From Bacteroidota bacterium (GTDB lineage Bacteria; Bacteroidota; Bacteroidia; Chitinophagales; Chitinophagaceae), in contig JAGWUV010000023.1 in NCBI GenBank assembly GCA_028875875.1, positions 1,984 to 65,983 on the forward strand: a stretch of 64,000 nucleotides of DNA, read 5' to 3'. Numbering within the stretch: position 1 is the first letter of the stretch; each line of letters begins with the position of its first letter. Positions 37,633 through 47,156 of the stretch are shown here, piece by piece. The notes under the pieces are model-generated. The model was not told where the DNA came from. It saw only the letters and a program-made list of their open reading frames with translations, and ran no database searches. A program made the position numbers and the translations under genes.

Positions 37633-38348
37633 CAGAGACCAAGTTTTTCAATGGCTAGTTGGGCGGCTACCTGACTTGCATCTTTTTTATTAAAACCCTT
37701 GCCCTGGGCCAGTACCTCGCCGTCTAGTACTGCATTGATGGTAAATACCCGCCTGCCGCTCTCTAATTTTTCTTCTGCCAGGTCGAACAGCAAATTCTTC
37801 CCGTTTTTGCTGGCCCACCCAATTAGTTTGTTTTTCAGGTTGATATCTATGGCTTCAAGGTCGTCTACAAACATATGCGGAATAACGATCTGCTTTAACA
37901 CCCATTTTTGGGTTTGGGCGTATCCTTTATCAAGGTAAACGGCACCTACAACGGCTTCCAGTGTATTCCCGAATATCTGGCTGCTTTTCAGCGAGCCATC
38001 GAATTTATTGTAAAGGGTGATTTTTTTCAAACCCATCTTCACAGCAATATCGTTTAATTGCTGGCGGTTAACCATTTTACTGCGCATTTCAGTAAGAAAA
38101 CCTTCTCCTTTATATGGATATCTTTTGAAGAGGTAATCAGCTACAATGGCACTTAGCACTGCATCTCCCAAATATTCCAGCCGTTCATTGTTTTCATCCG
38201 GTGTATCTCTTACAGAGCGATGGCTTAACGCAGTTCGGTATAATAACAGGTTCCCGGGTGTTATGCCAAGAATGTTTGTTAGGTCTTTCTCGAATGTACT
38301 TTTAGGAGCTGACTTGAAAAATTTCTTTAGTATCTGCACGAAGGTCAA
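37632..38348 (-). CDS. rnc: Ribonuclease III
   Basis: RNase III signature ERLEYLGDAVL and a C-terminal dsRBD. The only in-frame start is TTG 38348, which overlaps the fabF TGA as TTGA. Confidence 0.9.
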   Translation of the reverse strand: MTFVQILKKFFKSAPKSTFEKDLTNILGITPGNLLLYRTALSHRSVRDTPDENNERLEYLGDAVLSAIVADYLFKRYPYKGEGFLTEMRSKMVNRQQLNDIAVKMGLKKITLYNKFDGSLKSSQIFGNTLEAVVGAVYLDKGYAQTQKWVLKQIVIPHMFVDDLEAIDINLKNKLIGWASKNGKNLLFDLAEEKLESGRRVFTINAVLDGEVLAQGKGFNKKDASQVAAQLAIEKLGL

Positions 38349-39598
38349 GCTACGAATTTTTTTACAATAACGCAGGCATTATGACCGCCAAAACCGAAAG
38401 TGTTGCTCAATGCTGCATTCACTGTTCTTTTCTGCGCCTTATTGAAAGTGAAGTTGAGTTGGTTATCGAGTTCGGGATCGTCAGTAAAATGATTGATGGT
38501 AGGTGGAACAATATCGTTCACCACACTTTGAATACAAGCAATGGCCTCAATAACACCGGCTGCACCAAGGCAGTGGCCTGTCATTGATTTGGTGGCACTG
38601 ATATTTAATTTGTAAGCATGTTCTTTAAACACATTCACTATCGCCTTTACTTCGGCAATATCTCCCAACGGGGTAGAAGTGCCGTGTGTATTGATGTAAT
38701 CAATATCCTCGGGCTTCATACCGGCATCATCCAATGCGGCCAGCATTACATTCTGAGCACCCAGTCCTTCCGGGTGAGGGGCAGTGATATGGTGAGCATC
38801 GGCTGTTGCGCCACCACCTGCAATTTCACAATAAATCTTAGCGCCACGGGCTAAAGCATGTTCTAAAGTTTCCAGTACAACCACACCTGCCGCCTCTCCC
38901 ATCACAAAGCCATCACGTTCTTTATCGTATGGGCGGGAAGCAGTTTTAGGATCATCATTCCGCTCACTCATCGCTTTCATCGCATTGAATCCGCCTACAC
39001 CGGCTTCACTGATAACGGCTTCACTTCCGCCGCTAACAATAATATCGGCCTTGCCTAAGCGAAGCAGGTTATATGCTTCAATAATGGCATTGGTACTGCT
39101 TGCACAGGCACTCACAACGGCAAAGTTGGGGCCACGCAGGTTATGCCTCATTGAGATTTGGCCTGCAGCAATATCCAATATCATTTTCGGAATGAAAAAA
39201 GGGTTGAATCGTGGTGTACCATCGCCTTTGGCAAACTCCATTACCTCCTGCTGGAAAGTAATTAATCCGCCAATGCCGCTGGCAAAAACAACTCCAATTC
39301 TGTCTGGGTTGATGTTTTCTTTATTCAAACCTGCATCAGCCATTGCCTGATCGCTGGCAACCAGCGCAAATTGGGTGAAGCGATCTATTTTGCGGGCTTC
39401 TTTCTTATCCAGGTATTGCGTAGGATCAAATCCTTTTACCTCGCAGGCAAATTTTGTACGGAACTTTGATGCATCAAAATTTGTAATTATATCGGCACCT
39501 GAGACGCCGTTAATTAAGCCATTCCAATAATCCTCTAAATTATTTCCAATTGGAGTTAAAGCGCCAATGCCTGTTACAACTACTCTTTTTAATTGCAT
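38345..39598 (-). CDS. fabF: 3-oxoacyl-ACP synthase II
   Basis: 417 aa with active-site Cys in SACASS and the His-His pair in HGTSTPLGD and GHCLGAAG. Confidence 0.95.
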   Translation of the reverse strand: MQLKRVVVTGIGALTPIGNNLEDYWNGLINGVSGADIITNFDASKFRTKFACEVKGFDPTQYLDKKEARKIDRFTQFALVASDQAMADAGLNKENINPDRIGVVFASGIGGLITFQQEVMEFAKGDGTPRFNPFFIPKMILDIAAGQISMRHNLRGPNFAVVSACASSTNAIIEAYNLLRLGKADIIVSGGSEAVISEAGVGGFNAMKAMSERNDDPKTASRPYDKERDGFVMGEAAGVVVLETLEHALARGAKIYCEIAGGGATADAHHITAPHPEGLGAQNVMLAALDDAGMKPEDIDYINTHGTSTPLGDIAEVKAIVNVFKEHAYKLNISATKSMTGHCLGAAGVIEAIACIQSVVNDIVPPTINHFTDDPELDNQLNFTFNKAQKRTVNAALSNTFGFGGHNACVIVKKFVA

Positions 39599-39621
39599 AA
39601 TATAGAACCTGTTTTAAGTGA

Positions 39622-39665
39622 TAATCCGCCTTACTTGTGGCAGGGAGCCTCAGAAAGGCGGATTA
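39622..39665 (-). other. Stable stem-loop in the acpP-fabF spacer
   Basis: TAATCCGCCTT (39622-39632) and AAGGCGGATTA (39655-39665) form a perfect 11-bp stem with a 22-nt loop. No T-run follows in the transcribed sense. Confidence 0.5.
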
Positions 39666-39690
39666 AATATTCCGTCAATGGAGTAAGATC

Positions 39691-39927
39691 TTACTTAGCA
39701 TGTTCTTCCAGGTAAGCTACAGCCTGACCAACAGTTGTGATGGTTTCAGCTTGCTCATCAGGAATAGAAATATTGAATTCTTTCTCGAATTCCATGATCA
39801 GTTCAACGGTATCCAAAGAATCGGCACCGAGGTCGTTAGTGAAAGATGCTTCGTTGGTTACCTCAGCTTCATCTACTCCTAACTTGTCGACAATAATTTT
39901 CTTTACTCTTGTTGCGATGTCTGACAT
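39691..39927 (-). CDS. acpP: Acyl carrier protein
   Basis: 78 aa with the [11 protein letters not shown] phosphopantetheine-attachment motif. Confidence 0.95.
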   Translation of the reverse strand: MSDIATRVKKIIVDKLGVDEAEVTNEASFTNDLGADSLDTVELIMEFEKEFNISIPDEQAETITTVGQAVAYLEEHAK

Positions 39928-39951
39928 TGTTAATTAGTTTTGTTACAGGCG

Positions 39952-39980
39952 CAAAAATATACTTTTTGACAAAACTGCAA
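39952..39980 (-). promoter_or_regulatory. Candidate acpP promoter
   Basis: Minus strand reads TTG, an 18-nt spacer, then TATTTTTG (an exact TAnnTTTG match). The box ends 24 nt before the ATG. Confidence 0.4.
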
Positions 39981-40107
39981 GTAATTCTATAAATTTTGTT
40001 TTCACACCTGTTCATTACCGGGTAAAACAACCTCAAAGAATTGTATCACCGGAAGAGGCAGGATTTTCGTAAATGATTTTTATCTTGTAATCCCTAAACG
40101 ATTGTAA

Positions 40108-40536
40108 ATGGCATTAAAACTCTTAGATCACGGTAGTGAAGAGTACGAACAAATGGTAGATCTGCGTTACCAGATTTTGCGAAAACCTTTGGGTTTAACT
40201 TTTAGCGAAACGGATCTGGATAAAGAAAAAGATGATATTCTGATTGGATGTTTTGAAGACGATAAGTTGGAAGGATGTTGTATTTTAACCAAAATGGGCG
40301 AGGATGCCGTCAGGCTGAGGCAAATGGCCGTTACTCCTAGTTTGCAGGGAAAAGGCATTGGGCGGGTTTTGATGGTATTTGCCGAGAATGTTGCCAGGGA
40401 TATGGGCTACAGGAGAATATTAATGCATGCCCGTAAAACAGCCCAGGGGTTTTATGAAAAACTCGGCTACCGGGTTTGCAGCGATGAGTTTCTGGAAGTT
40501 ACCATCCCGCATTATGTTATGGAAAAACAACTGTAA
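40108..40536 (+). CDS. GNAT-family N-acetyltransferase
   Basis: 142 aa with the acetyl-CoA motif RQMAVTPSLQGKGIGRVLM. Confidence 0.85.
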   Translation: MALKLLDHGSEEYEQMVDLRYQILRKPLGLTFSETDLDKEKDDILIGCFEDDKLEGCCILTKMGEDAVRLRQMAVTPSLQGKGIGRVLMVFAENVARDMGYRRILMHARKTAQGFYEKLGYRVCSDEFLEVTIPHYVMEKQL

Positions 40537-41094
40537 TTATTTCTTCCGATCCCCGATTTTAGTGTTCAATAAACCTCTTAATTCATGACGGAAATCCTCC
40601 GTCATGTTTTCTTTTGGTACGATGAAGAAAGATTTTTCAGTGAAATAGAGATGAAAAAAATGAGGGCTCTCCAGGAATTTTACGAAATCCTGCCAATTCC
40701 AGGTAGCTCTTCCAACCTCATTCTCCAAACGAATTTGCGAAGGAGTGAATTCCATGGAAAAGGTTTGTTTGAAAGTGGGCGACTTTTTGAAAATGCTGTA
40801 GGGCAGGATATACCAAACAGCCACCATCATTCCTATCCAGATAAATGAGCCAAGAAAAAAAGGTTCAGGGCGTATCTTTTTGCTGTAGAAAAGTACCGCA
40901 GCAACTATGGCAAAAACGTTTACCAGTATCATCATAAGCCTGATTTCCTTGCGGGAAATGAAATGATAACGCAATGCCTGGATGACCTTTTTTTTATCGT
41001 ACGAGAAGCGTATTTGCATAATGTGGTAAAAGTAGAAAATTATGAGAAGTGCAGGTAAGAAGTTTTTGATATCGAGTGCGTACTTCTTCAACAA
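40537..41094 (-). CDS. YcxB-like membrane protein (tentative)
   Basis: Two central TM helices followed by a WNWQDFVKFLESPHFFHLYFTEKSFFIVPKENM domain, which resembles the YcxB-like family from memory. Start uncertain (41094 or 41019). Confidence 0.5.
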   Translation of the reverse strand: MLKKYALDIKNFLPALLIIFYFYHIMQIRFSYDKKKVIQALRYHFISRKEIRLMMILVNVFAIVAAVLFYSKKIRPEPFFLGSFIWIGMMVAVWYILPYSIFKKSPTFKQTFSMEFTPSQIRLENEVGRATWNWQDFVKFLESPHFFHLYFTEKSFFIVPKENMTEDFRHELRGLLNTKIGDRKK

Positions 41095-41110
41095 TCTTGG
41101 GGGTATTTGT

Positions 41111-41140
41111 AAAAAAAACCGCCCCGAAGAATCAGGGCGG
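41111..41140 (-). terminator. Intrinsic terminator after nrdJ
   Basis: Minus strand reads CCGCCC-tgattcttcg-GGGCGG followed by a run of 8 T. Confidence 0.75.
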
Positions 41141-41178
41141 AGAGTTCTAATTTATACCTATGAAAACTCTAGAAAACA

Positions 41179-44100
41179 TTAACTGCAACCCATGCTGTTA
41201 CCACAGTTCAAACACTTGTAACATGTACCACTGCGAATGGTAATATGACCGCAGGTATTACAGGCAGGTGCGTCGCTTTGCATATTCTTAGCTGCGGCAT
41301 TCACCATATCCAGTCCTGTATCAACTTTAGCTGCAGTGCGTTGTAATTTTTGTGGTTGAGCAGCAGCAGTGGTATTGGCTGAAGGTGCTGTTACCCTTAC
41401 GCTGCTTAATTCCGGCTTGCCCAGCAATGTAACATCTCCTTCTTCACCTGTATTTTCTACTTCCTGTTTATCAATTACATGCACTAAATCTGTCCTGTTC
41501 AGGTATTCGTAAGCTAAGGCACGGAACACAAAATCTACCAGTGAAGTGGTTGTTTTGATATTCGGATGGTCTACCATGCCGGCCGGTTCAAATTTGGTGA
41601 ATACAAATTTTTCTACAAATTCTTCCAACGGCACACCATATTGCAGGCCAACAGAAACCGCGATAGCAAAACAGTTGATCAGGCTGCGCAGTGTTGAGCC
41701 TTCTTTCGCCAGATCGATAAATATTTCACCCAGGGTACCATCGCTGTATTCACCCGTTCTCAGGAACAATACCTGGCCATTGATCTTGGCCTTTTGTGTA
41801 AAGCCCCTGCGTTTGGCCGGTAATGATTTCCTTTCCACAATTCTTGACAGTGCCCTTTTTAATTGGGTATCTGTTGAAGCGGTCATGCGGCGAGTAACTT
41901 CCTCCAATAACTCATCAACTGATAATTTGCTCAGGTCGACGATATTGGATTCAGCTGCTACCGGTGCTGTGGCGGCGGCTTCAGCAGCTTCTTCTTTGCT
42001 TTCTTCTGTTTTTTTCTTTTTATCAGACTTGTTGCTTAATGGCTGAGACAGTTTAGAACCATCACGGTACAAGGCACAAGCTTTCAGGCCTAATTTCCAG
42101 CTTAGCATGTAGCTGTCTTCAATTTCTTCTACGGTAGCTTCGTGTGGTAGATTAATCGTTTTAGAAATAGCACCGCTTAAGAAAGGCTGGCAGGCTCCCA
42201 TCATTTTGATGTGGCCATGAGCGTGAATATACCTTTCACCTTTTTTGCCGCATTTATTGGCGCAGTCAAATACAGGCAAATGCTCTTCTTTCAGGTAGGG
42301 TGCACCTTCTACAGTCATGGTACCGCAAACGTAATCATTGGCTGCATCAATTTCTTCATCTGTAAAACCTAATGCTTCGAGCATGTTAAAGCCCCAATCG
42401 CTGTATTGTGCTTCAGTGAAGCCAAGGCGTTGCAAACAGGCATCACCCAATGTGAAACGGTTGAATACAAAACCTATTTCAAAGGCCGACTTAGCTGCAT
42501 CATTTAATTTCTTGATCTCTTCAGCAGTAAACCCTTTTTCGCTTAAAGAAGTAGGATTGATATGAGGAGCGCCTTCGAAAGAAGCGGCACCTACTGCATA
42601 TTTAATGATGGCTTCAATTTCCTTCTCGCTATAGCCCAATTTTTTCAATGCATTAGGAACAGCCTGGTTAATGATCTTGAAATAACCACCGCCGGATAAT
42701 TTTTTGAATTTCACCAATGCAAAATCAGGTTCTACACCTGTGGTATCACAATCCATTACCAGTCCAATGGTTCCGGTAGGTGCAATTACGGTAGTTTGGG
42801 CGTTGCGATAACCATATTTCTCGCCTAACTGCACGGCATCGTCCCATGCTTTGGTGGCAGATTTGAGTAAGTAATCCGGGCAATATTTTGCTTTGATGCC
42901 CTGTGGTTTAAGACTCAGGCCAACATAAGCCTCTTCTGCATCGTAGGCAGCAGCACGATGGTTGCGCATTACACGCAGCATATCTTCTTTATTGTCCTCG
43001 TATTTAGGGAATGCACCCAGGAAGGATGACATTTCCGCAGAGGTCTTGTACGCAATACCGGTCATGATCGCTGTTACGGCACCTGCAATGCCACGGGCTT
43101 CTTCACTGTCATAAGGAATACCACTTAACATCAGCACTGTACCGAGGTTAGCGAAACCTAAACCTAATGTTCTATAATCGTAGGATAACTGGGCTACTTC
43201 TCTAGAAGGGAACTGGGCCATTAGTACAGAAACTTCCAGTACAACGGTCCATAAACGGCTAATGTATTCTAAACCTTCCACATCCAGCGTACTGGTTGCT
43301 TCATCAAAGAATTTACGAAGGTTGATAGAAGCGAGGTTACAAGCCGTATTATCCAGGAACATGTATTCGCTACATGGGTTAGAAGCATTGATACGGCCGC
43401 CTTGTGGACAGGTATGCCATTCATTGATAGTCGTATCGTATTGTGTACCCGGATCGGCACAACGCCATGCAGCATAAGAAATTTGTTTCCATACTTCACG
43501 GGCAGGAATTTTTTTCATCACACGGCCATCCATTCTCGCTTTTAATTCCCAGTCTTCATTATTTTCTAACTTTTCAAAGAATGAATTAGGGATACGAACG
43601 GAGTTGTTAGAGTTCTGACCGGAAACGGTTAAGTAAGCTTCTCCTTCATAGTGAGAATCGTAACCGGCAGCGATCAATGCCCCCACTTTTTTCTCTTCCT
43701 CCACTTTCCAGTTGATGAAGTCCATTATTTCAGGATGGTCCAAATCAAGACAAACCATTTTAGCAGCGCGTCTTGTTGTTCCGCCTGATTTGATGGCTCC
43801 AGCAGCACGGTCACCTATTTTCAGGAAACTCATCAAACCGCTGGAAGTACCGCCACCACTTAATTTTTCGCCGGCACCACGTATTTGAGAGAAGTTGGTA
43901 CCAACACCACTTCCATATTTAAATATTCTTGCTTCGCGAACCCACAGATCCATAATACCACCTTCATTCACCAGATCATCATTCACACTCAAAATAAAGC
44001 AGGCATGTGGCTGAGGGCGCTCATAGGCATTTTGCGATTTTTTCAATTGGCTATCAACCGGATCAACATAATAGTGCCCCTGTGGTTTTCCTGTAATACC

Positions 44101-44538
44101 ATAGCTTTCATGTAACCCTGTATTAAACCATTGCGGAGAATTAGGAACGCAAGACTGGTTTAAAATGCTGTAAACCAACTCATCATAAAAAATCTGGGCA
44201 TCTTTGGAAGATGCGAAATAACCATAACGTTCACCCCAAACTCTCCAACAGTTGGCCATGCGGTGTGCTACCTGCTTTACAGAAGTTTCTCTTCCCAAAG
44301 AACCATCCGCTTGGGGTACGCCGGCTTTACGAAAATATTTCTGAGCAAGAATGTCTGTGGCAATCTGGCTCCATTGTTTGGGTACTTCAACATTATTCAT
44401 TTCAAATACTACCTCTCCGGTAGGATTTTTAATAACGCTGGTGCGATAGTCATAATCGAACAGGTCGAATGCGCTGATACCTTCCTTGGTAAAGCGGCGC
44501 TGGAACTGCAAGCCTTTGTTAGTTTTTGGGTTAGCCAT
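41179..44538 (-). CDS. nrdJ: Class II (adenosylcobalamin-dependent) ribonucleotide reductase
   Basis: About 1119 aa from ATG 44538 (the track start is GTG 44544). It has the catalytic block NPCSEYMFLDNTACNLASINL, TVIAPTGTIGLVMDCDTTGVEPDFALV, and a C-terminal cysteine cluster CNTCGH...CYKCLNCG. Confidence 0.95.
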   Translation of the reverse strand: MANPKTNKGLQFQRRFTKEGISAFDLFDYDYRTSVIKNPTGEVVFEMNNVEVPKQWSQIATDILAQKYFRKAGVPQADGSLGRETSVKQVAHRMANCWRVWGERYGYFASSKDAQIFYDELVYSILNQSCVPNSPQWFNTGLHESYGITGKPQGHYYVDPVDSQLKKSQNAYERPQPHACFILSVNDDLVNEGGIMDLWVREARIFKYGSGVGTNFSQIRGAGEKLSGGGTSSGLMSFLKIGDRAAGAIKSGGTTRRAAKMVCLDLDHPEIMDFINWKVEEEKKVGALIAAGYDSHYEGEAYLTVSGQNSNNSVRIPNSFFEKLENNEDWELKARMDGRVMKKIPAREVWKQISYAAWRCADPGTQYDTTINEWHTCPQGGRINASNPCSEYMFLDNTACNLASINLRKFFDEATSTLDVEGLEYISRLWTVVLEVSVLMAQFPSREVAQLSYDYRTLGLGFANLGTVLMLSGIPYDSEEARGIAGAVTAIMTGIAYKTSAEMSSFLGAFPKYEDNKEDMLRVMRNHRAAAYDAEEAYVGLSLKPQGIKAKYCPDYLLKSATKAWDDAVQLGEKYGYRNAQTTVIAPTGTIGLVMDCDTTGVEPDFALVKFKKLSGGGYFKIINQAVPNALKKLGYSEKEIEAIIKYAVGAASFEGAPHINPTSLSEKGFTAEEIKKLNDAAKSAFEIGFVFNRFTLGDACLQRLGFTEAQYSDWGFNMLEALGFTDEEIDAANDYVCGTMTVEGAPYLKEEHLPVFDCANKCGKKGERYIHAHGHIKMMGACQPFLSGAISKTINLPHEATVEEIEDSYMLSWKLGLKACALYRDGSKLSQPLSNKSDKKKKTEESKEEAAEAAATAPVAAESNIVDLSKLSVDELLEEVTRRMTASTDTQLKRALSRIVERKSLPAKRRGFTQKAKINGQVLFLRTGEYSDGTLGEIFIDLAKEGSTLRSLINCFAIAVSVGLQYGVPLEEFVEKFVFTKFEPAGMVDHPNIKTTTSLVDFVFRALAYEYLNRTDLVHVIDKQEVENTGEEGDVTLLGKPELSSVRVTAPSANTTAAAQPQKLQRTAAKVDTGLDMVNAAAKNMQSDAPACNTCGHITIRSGTCYKCLNCGNSMGCS

Positions 44539-45030
44539 GAGCACTATTGATTTTATGGTTGATGAGATTATTTAAATTCCCGTTAAATCAGAAACGAAGT
44601 GAGTGATTAGCGGTAGACGAAAATATCTTTTGCTATTTAAAATTCAATACCAATTAAATTCACAATCTGTGGAAAAGGAATGGTAAAAATTTCATTCTTC
44701 CGACCCCCATTGATTTTGCAAAGATACCCACATGTGTAGAAAAGAATTTTTGGGTTTTCAGGCTGTTAAATGAAATAAATTGTTTATTATCTCTTTGCTT
44801 AACGAATAGTAGTTTTACGACTGACTGCTAACTACTTATAGTAATTTATAGGGTTGATAGAAATATTTATACAACAAAAGGGTTTTCCCTTTATTATCGA
44901 AGAGCCATTTAATTCACATGATAATTGAATGAATCGCTTAAATTAGCATTTGATATTATAAGTAGAAGATTAACTATAGTGTAAACAGAAAAGTTTTCGC
45001 ATTTTTGCAGTAGTCACTTATTCCTAATTC

Positions 45031-45786
45031 ATGAAGTCATCCATATATCAACAGTTAACGGAAAAGAAACGAGCGGGTAAGAAGTCCTTCACGGTTTTAA
45101 TTGATCCGGATAAAGTAGACAGTGCTTCCATTGAGCAATTAGTGGGATTAGCAACTGATGCCAGGGTTGATTATTTTTTCGTTGGTGGCAGCCTCGTTAT
45201 TTCTAATCATTTGGATGATTGCATCAGGCAGATCAAAACATCCTGTAATATACCGGTGGTATTATTCCCCGGTTCTCCTTCACAGGTGAGCAGGTATGCA
45301 GATGCGTTGTTATATCTTTCCTTGATATCAGGAAGAAATCCTGAACTATTAATAGGCCAGCATGTGGTGAGTGCTCCGTTTGTTAAACAGAGCGGCCTTG
45401 AAATCATGCCTACTGGTTATATGGTGATTGATGGAGGTGCACCTACAACCGTTTCTTATATTTCCAATGCTACACCTATTCCTTCCGATAAAAATGATAT
45501 AGCGGTTTGTACTGCAATGGCCGGTGAAATGTTAGGTATGAAGCTGATCTACATGGATGCCGGTAGTGGCGCTAAAAGACCGATCAATGAATTAATGATT
45601 GAGAAAGTAGCGAAGAATATCGACGTGCCATTGATCATTGGAGGTGGAATTACTACCGCCGAAAAAGCGTACCTGAATTGTAAAGCCGGAGCTGATGTGA
45701 TCGTGGTAGGCAATGCTATTGAAAAAGATGCATCGCTTATCCGTGAAATAAGCGATGCAGTGCATAGTGTTGCCGTTAAGGCCTGA
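45031..45786 (+). CDS. Geranylgeranylglyceryl-phosphate synthase family prenyltransferase (PcrB/GGGPS, TIM barrel)
   Basis: 251 aa with VLIDPDK, FFVGGS, YMVIDGG, YMDAGSG and PLIIGGGITT phosphate-binding motifs. Confidence 0.85.
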   Translation: MKSSIYQQLTEKKRAGKKSFTVLIDPDKVDSASIEQLVGLATDARVDYFFVGGSLVISNHLDDCIRQIKTSCNIPVVLFPGSPSQVSRYADALLYLSLISGRNPELLIGQHVVSAPFVKQSGLEIMPTGYMVIDGGAPTTVSYISNATPIPSDKNDIAVCTAMAGEMLGMKLIYMDAGSGAKRPINELMIEKVAKNIDVPLIIGGGITTAEKAYLNCKAGADVIVVGNAIEKDASLIREISDAVHSVAVKA

Positions 45787-45790
45787 TATT

Positions 45791-47074
45791 CTATTTTAAA
45801 TCGGATGTATCTACTCTTGTAGGCGTATCTTTCCCGCTAATTATACTGGATGAACTGATAGCTATGGCTTTGATGATCTCTGCCATGTTACTCATATTTA
45901 GCGTAGCGATCTCATCACTGGGTTTGTGGTAGTTGGGTTCACTATCCATTTTTGAAGTTGAAATAGTATGGGCCGGAACACCTTGTTTGGCAAGCGTTGT
46001 ATTGTCAGACCTATAAAATAATTGCTGATCGGGGTATGGATCGGGATAGAACTGGAATGCTGAACCTTTTAAATTCTTTTGCAGTATGGTACCCATATCT
46101 GTTTTTTCAAAACCGGTGATATACGCACTATTCTTTCCCCATTTACTTTCCGTACCTATCATCTCAATATTGAACATGGCTTTTACCTGGTCTGGATTAA
46201 ACTGGTGAGAGAAATAAGCCGAGCCATATTCGCCAATCTCTTCTGCTGTGAAAGCTGCAAACACAATACTTCTTTGGTTATTGTGCATAGCTTTGAAATA
46301 ATTGGCAAGTAAAATCACGGCAGTTGTTCCTGCTGCATCATCATTTGCACCGTTATAAATAGAATCATTATTTACAGCCTTGCCAATTCCCAGGTGATCG
46401 TAGTGCCCGGAAAAAATCACATATTCATTTTTCTTCAATCTTCCCGGCAACAAGCCCACAATATTGGCCAGCTTTTGTGTAGTAAGGCTTTGTGTTGCGT
46501 TGATGGAAAAACTGTTGAAATGGTCTTTGGATGTAAGCACAAAAACAACATCCGGTGCAGTAGAAAAAAGCTGCCTGGAAAAGTATTTAAAGCGAGGGAA
46601 CATTTTGCTTAAGCTGGTATCTACGAGTACCAGTTTATTACCTTTTGTTTCCATGGCTTTCATCGCAACAATAAATGGATTCTCCTTCTTATCAATTTTG
46701 ATAACACTCCACTGGTCTTTTTCAGTACCTGAAATTGTTGCTTTTGCTGAAGCAATGACGATATTGTTTTCATTAATAGGCGCTCCGTCTATTGAAGCCT
46801 GCAATGATACAAGCTGTGGTTTCACCATTTCGAATTCCTGGCGATAAGAATGGGCATTGCCTAAAGGCTGTAATCCTGCTTTTTTAAATTCTCCTTCTAT
46901 AAATGTGGCGGCCTTCTCAATACCTGCAGTGAATACACGCCTGCCTTGCATTTCATCGGATGATAAAATCTTTTCTACCCTTTCTGTTTCTTTGGCATTA
47001 ATAAGGGTATTTATGTTTTGTGAGAAAGCTGTTAAGCTGCCGAAACATATTATACCGGTAATAAAAATTTTCAT
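45791..47074 (-). CDS. Secreted M28-family aminopeptidase
   Basis: Signal peptide and the metal-ligand blocks SGHYDHLG, GANDDAAGT, FTAEEIGEYGS and YHKPSD. Confidence 0.85.
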   Translation of the reverse strand: MKIFITGIICFGSLTAFSQNINTLINAKETERVEKILSSDEMQGRRVFTAGIEKAATFIEGEFKKAGLQPLGNAHSYRQEFEMVKPQLVSLQASIDGAPINENNIVIASAKATISGTEKDQWSVIKIDKKENPFIVAMKAMETKGNKLVLVDTSLSKMFPRFKYFSRQLFSTAPDVVFVLTSKDHFNSFSINATQSLTTQKLANIVGLLPGRLKKNEYVIFSGHYDHLGIGKAVNNDSIYNGANDDAAGTTAVILLANYFKAMHNNQRSIVFAAFTAEEIGEYGSAYFSHQFNPDQVKAMFNIEMIGTESKWGKNSAYITGFEKTDMGTILQKNLKGSAFQFYPDPYPDQQLFYRSDNTTLAKQGVPAHTISTSKMDSEPNYHKPSDEIATLNMSNMAEIIKAIAISSSSIISGKDTPTRVDTSDLK

Positions 47075-47112
47075 GAGCTGTTCTTTATGAATTATTTAAA
47101 ATCTTTAAGGAT

Positions 47113-47146
47113 AAATAAAAATCCCCGGTCTAACGACAGGGGATTT
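47113..47146 (-). terminator. Intrinsic terminator after the LytTR regulator gene
   Basis: Minus strand reads AAATCCCC-tgtcgttagacc-GGGGATTT followed by TTATTTAT. Confidence 0.65.
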
Positions 47147-47156
47147 ATGAAGCTGT

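Noticed and set aside
41179-44538. Intein or insertion suspected because NrdJ is about 1120 aa
   Set aside because: The sequence reads as continuous class II RNR, with no Cys/Ser...His-Asn splice-junction blocks or homing-endonuclease motifs. The extra length comes from the usual lysine/acidic linker and the C-terminal cysteine-rich tail.
44545-45030. Possible cobalamin riboswitch or NrdR boxes upstream of nrdJ
   Set aside because: Neither strand has a B12-box-like G+C-rich core, and the region is too AT-rich for that fold. The NrdR-like strings (CCACATGTGTAG, ACTACTTATAGT, ACTATAGTGTA) are poor matches to the acaCwAtATaTwGtgt consensus. They are also not spaced as the usual tandem pair.
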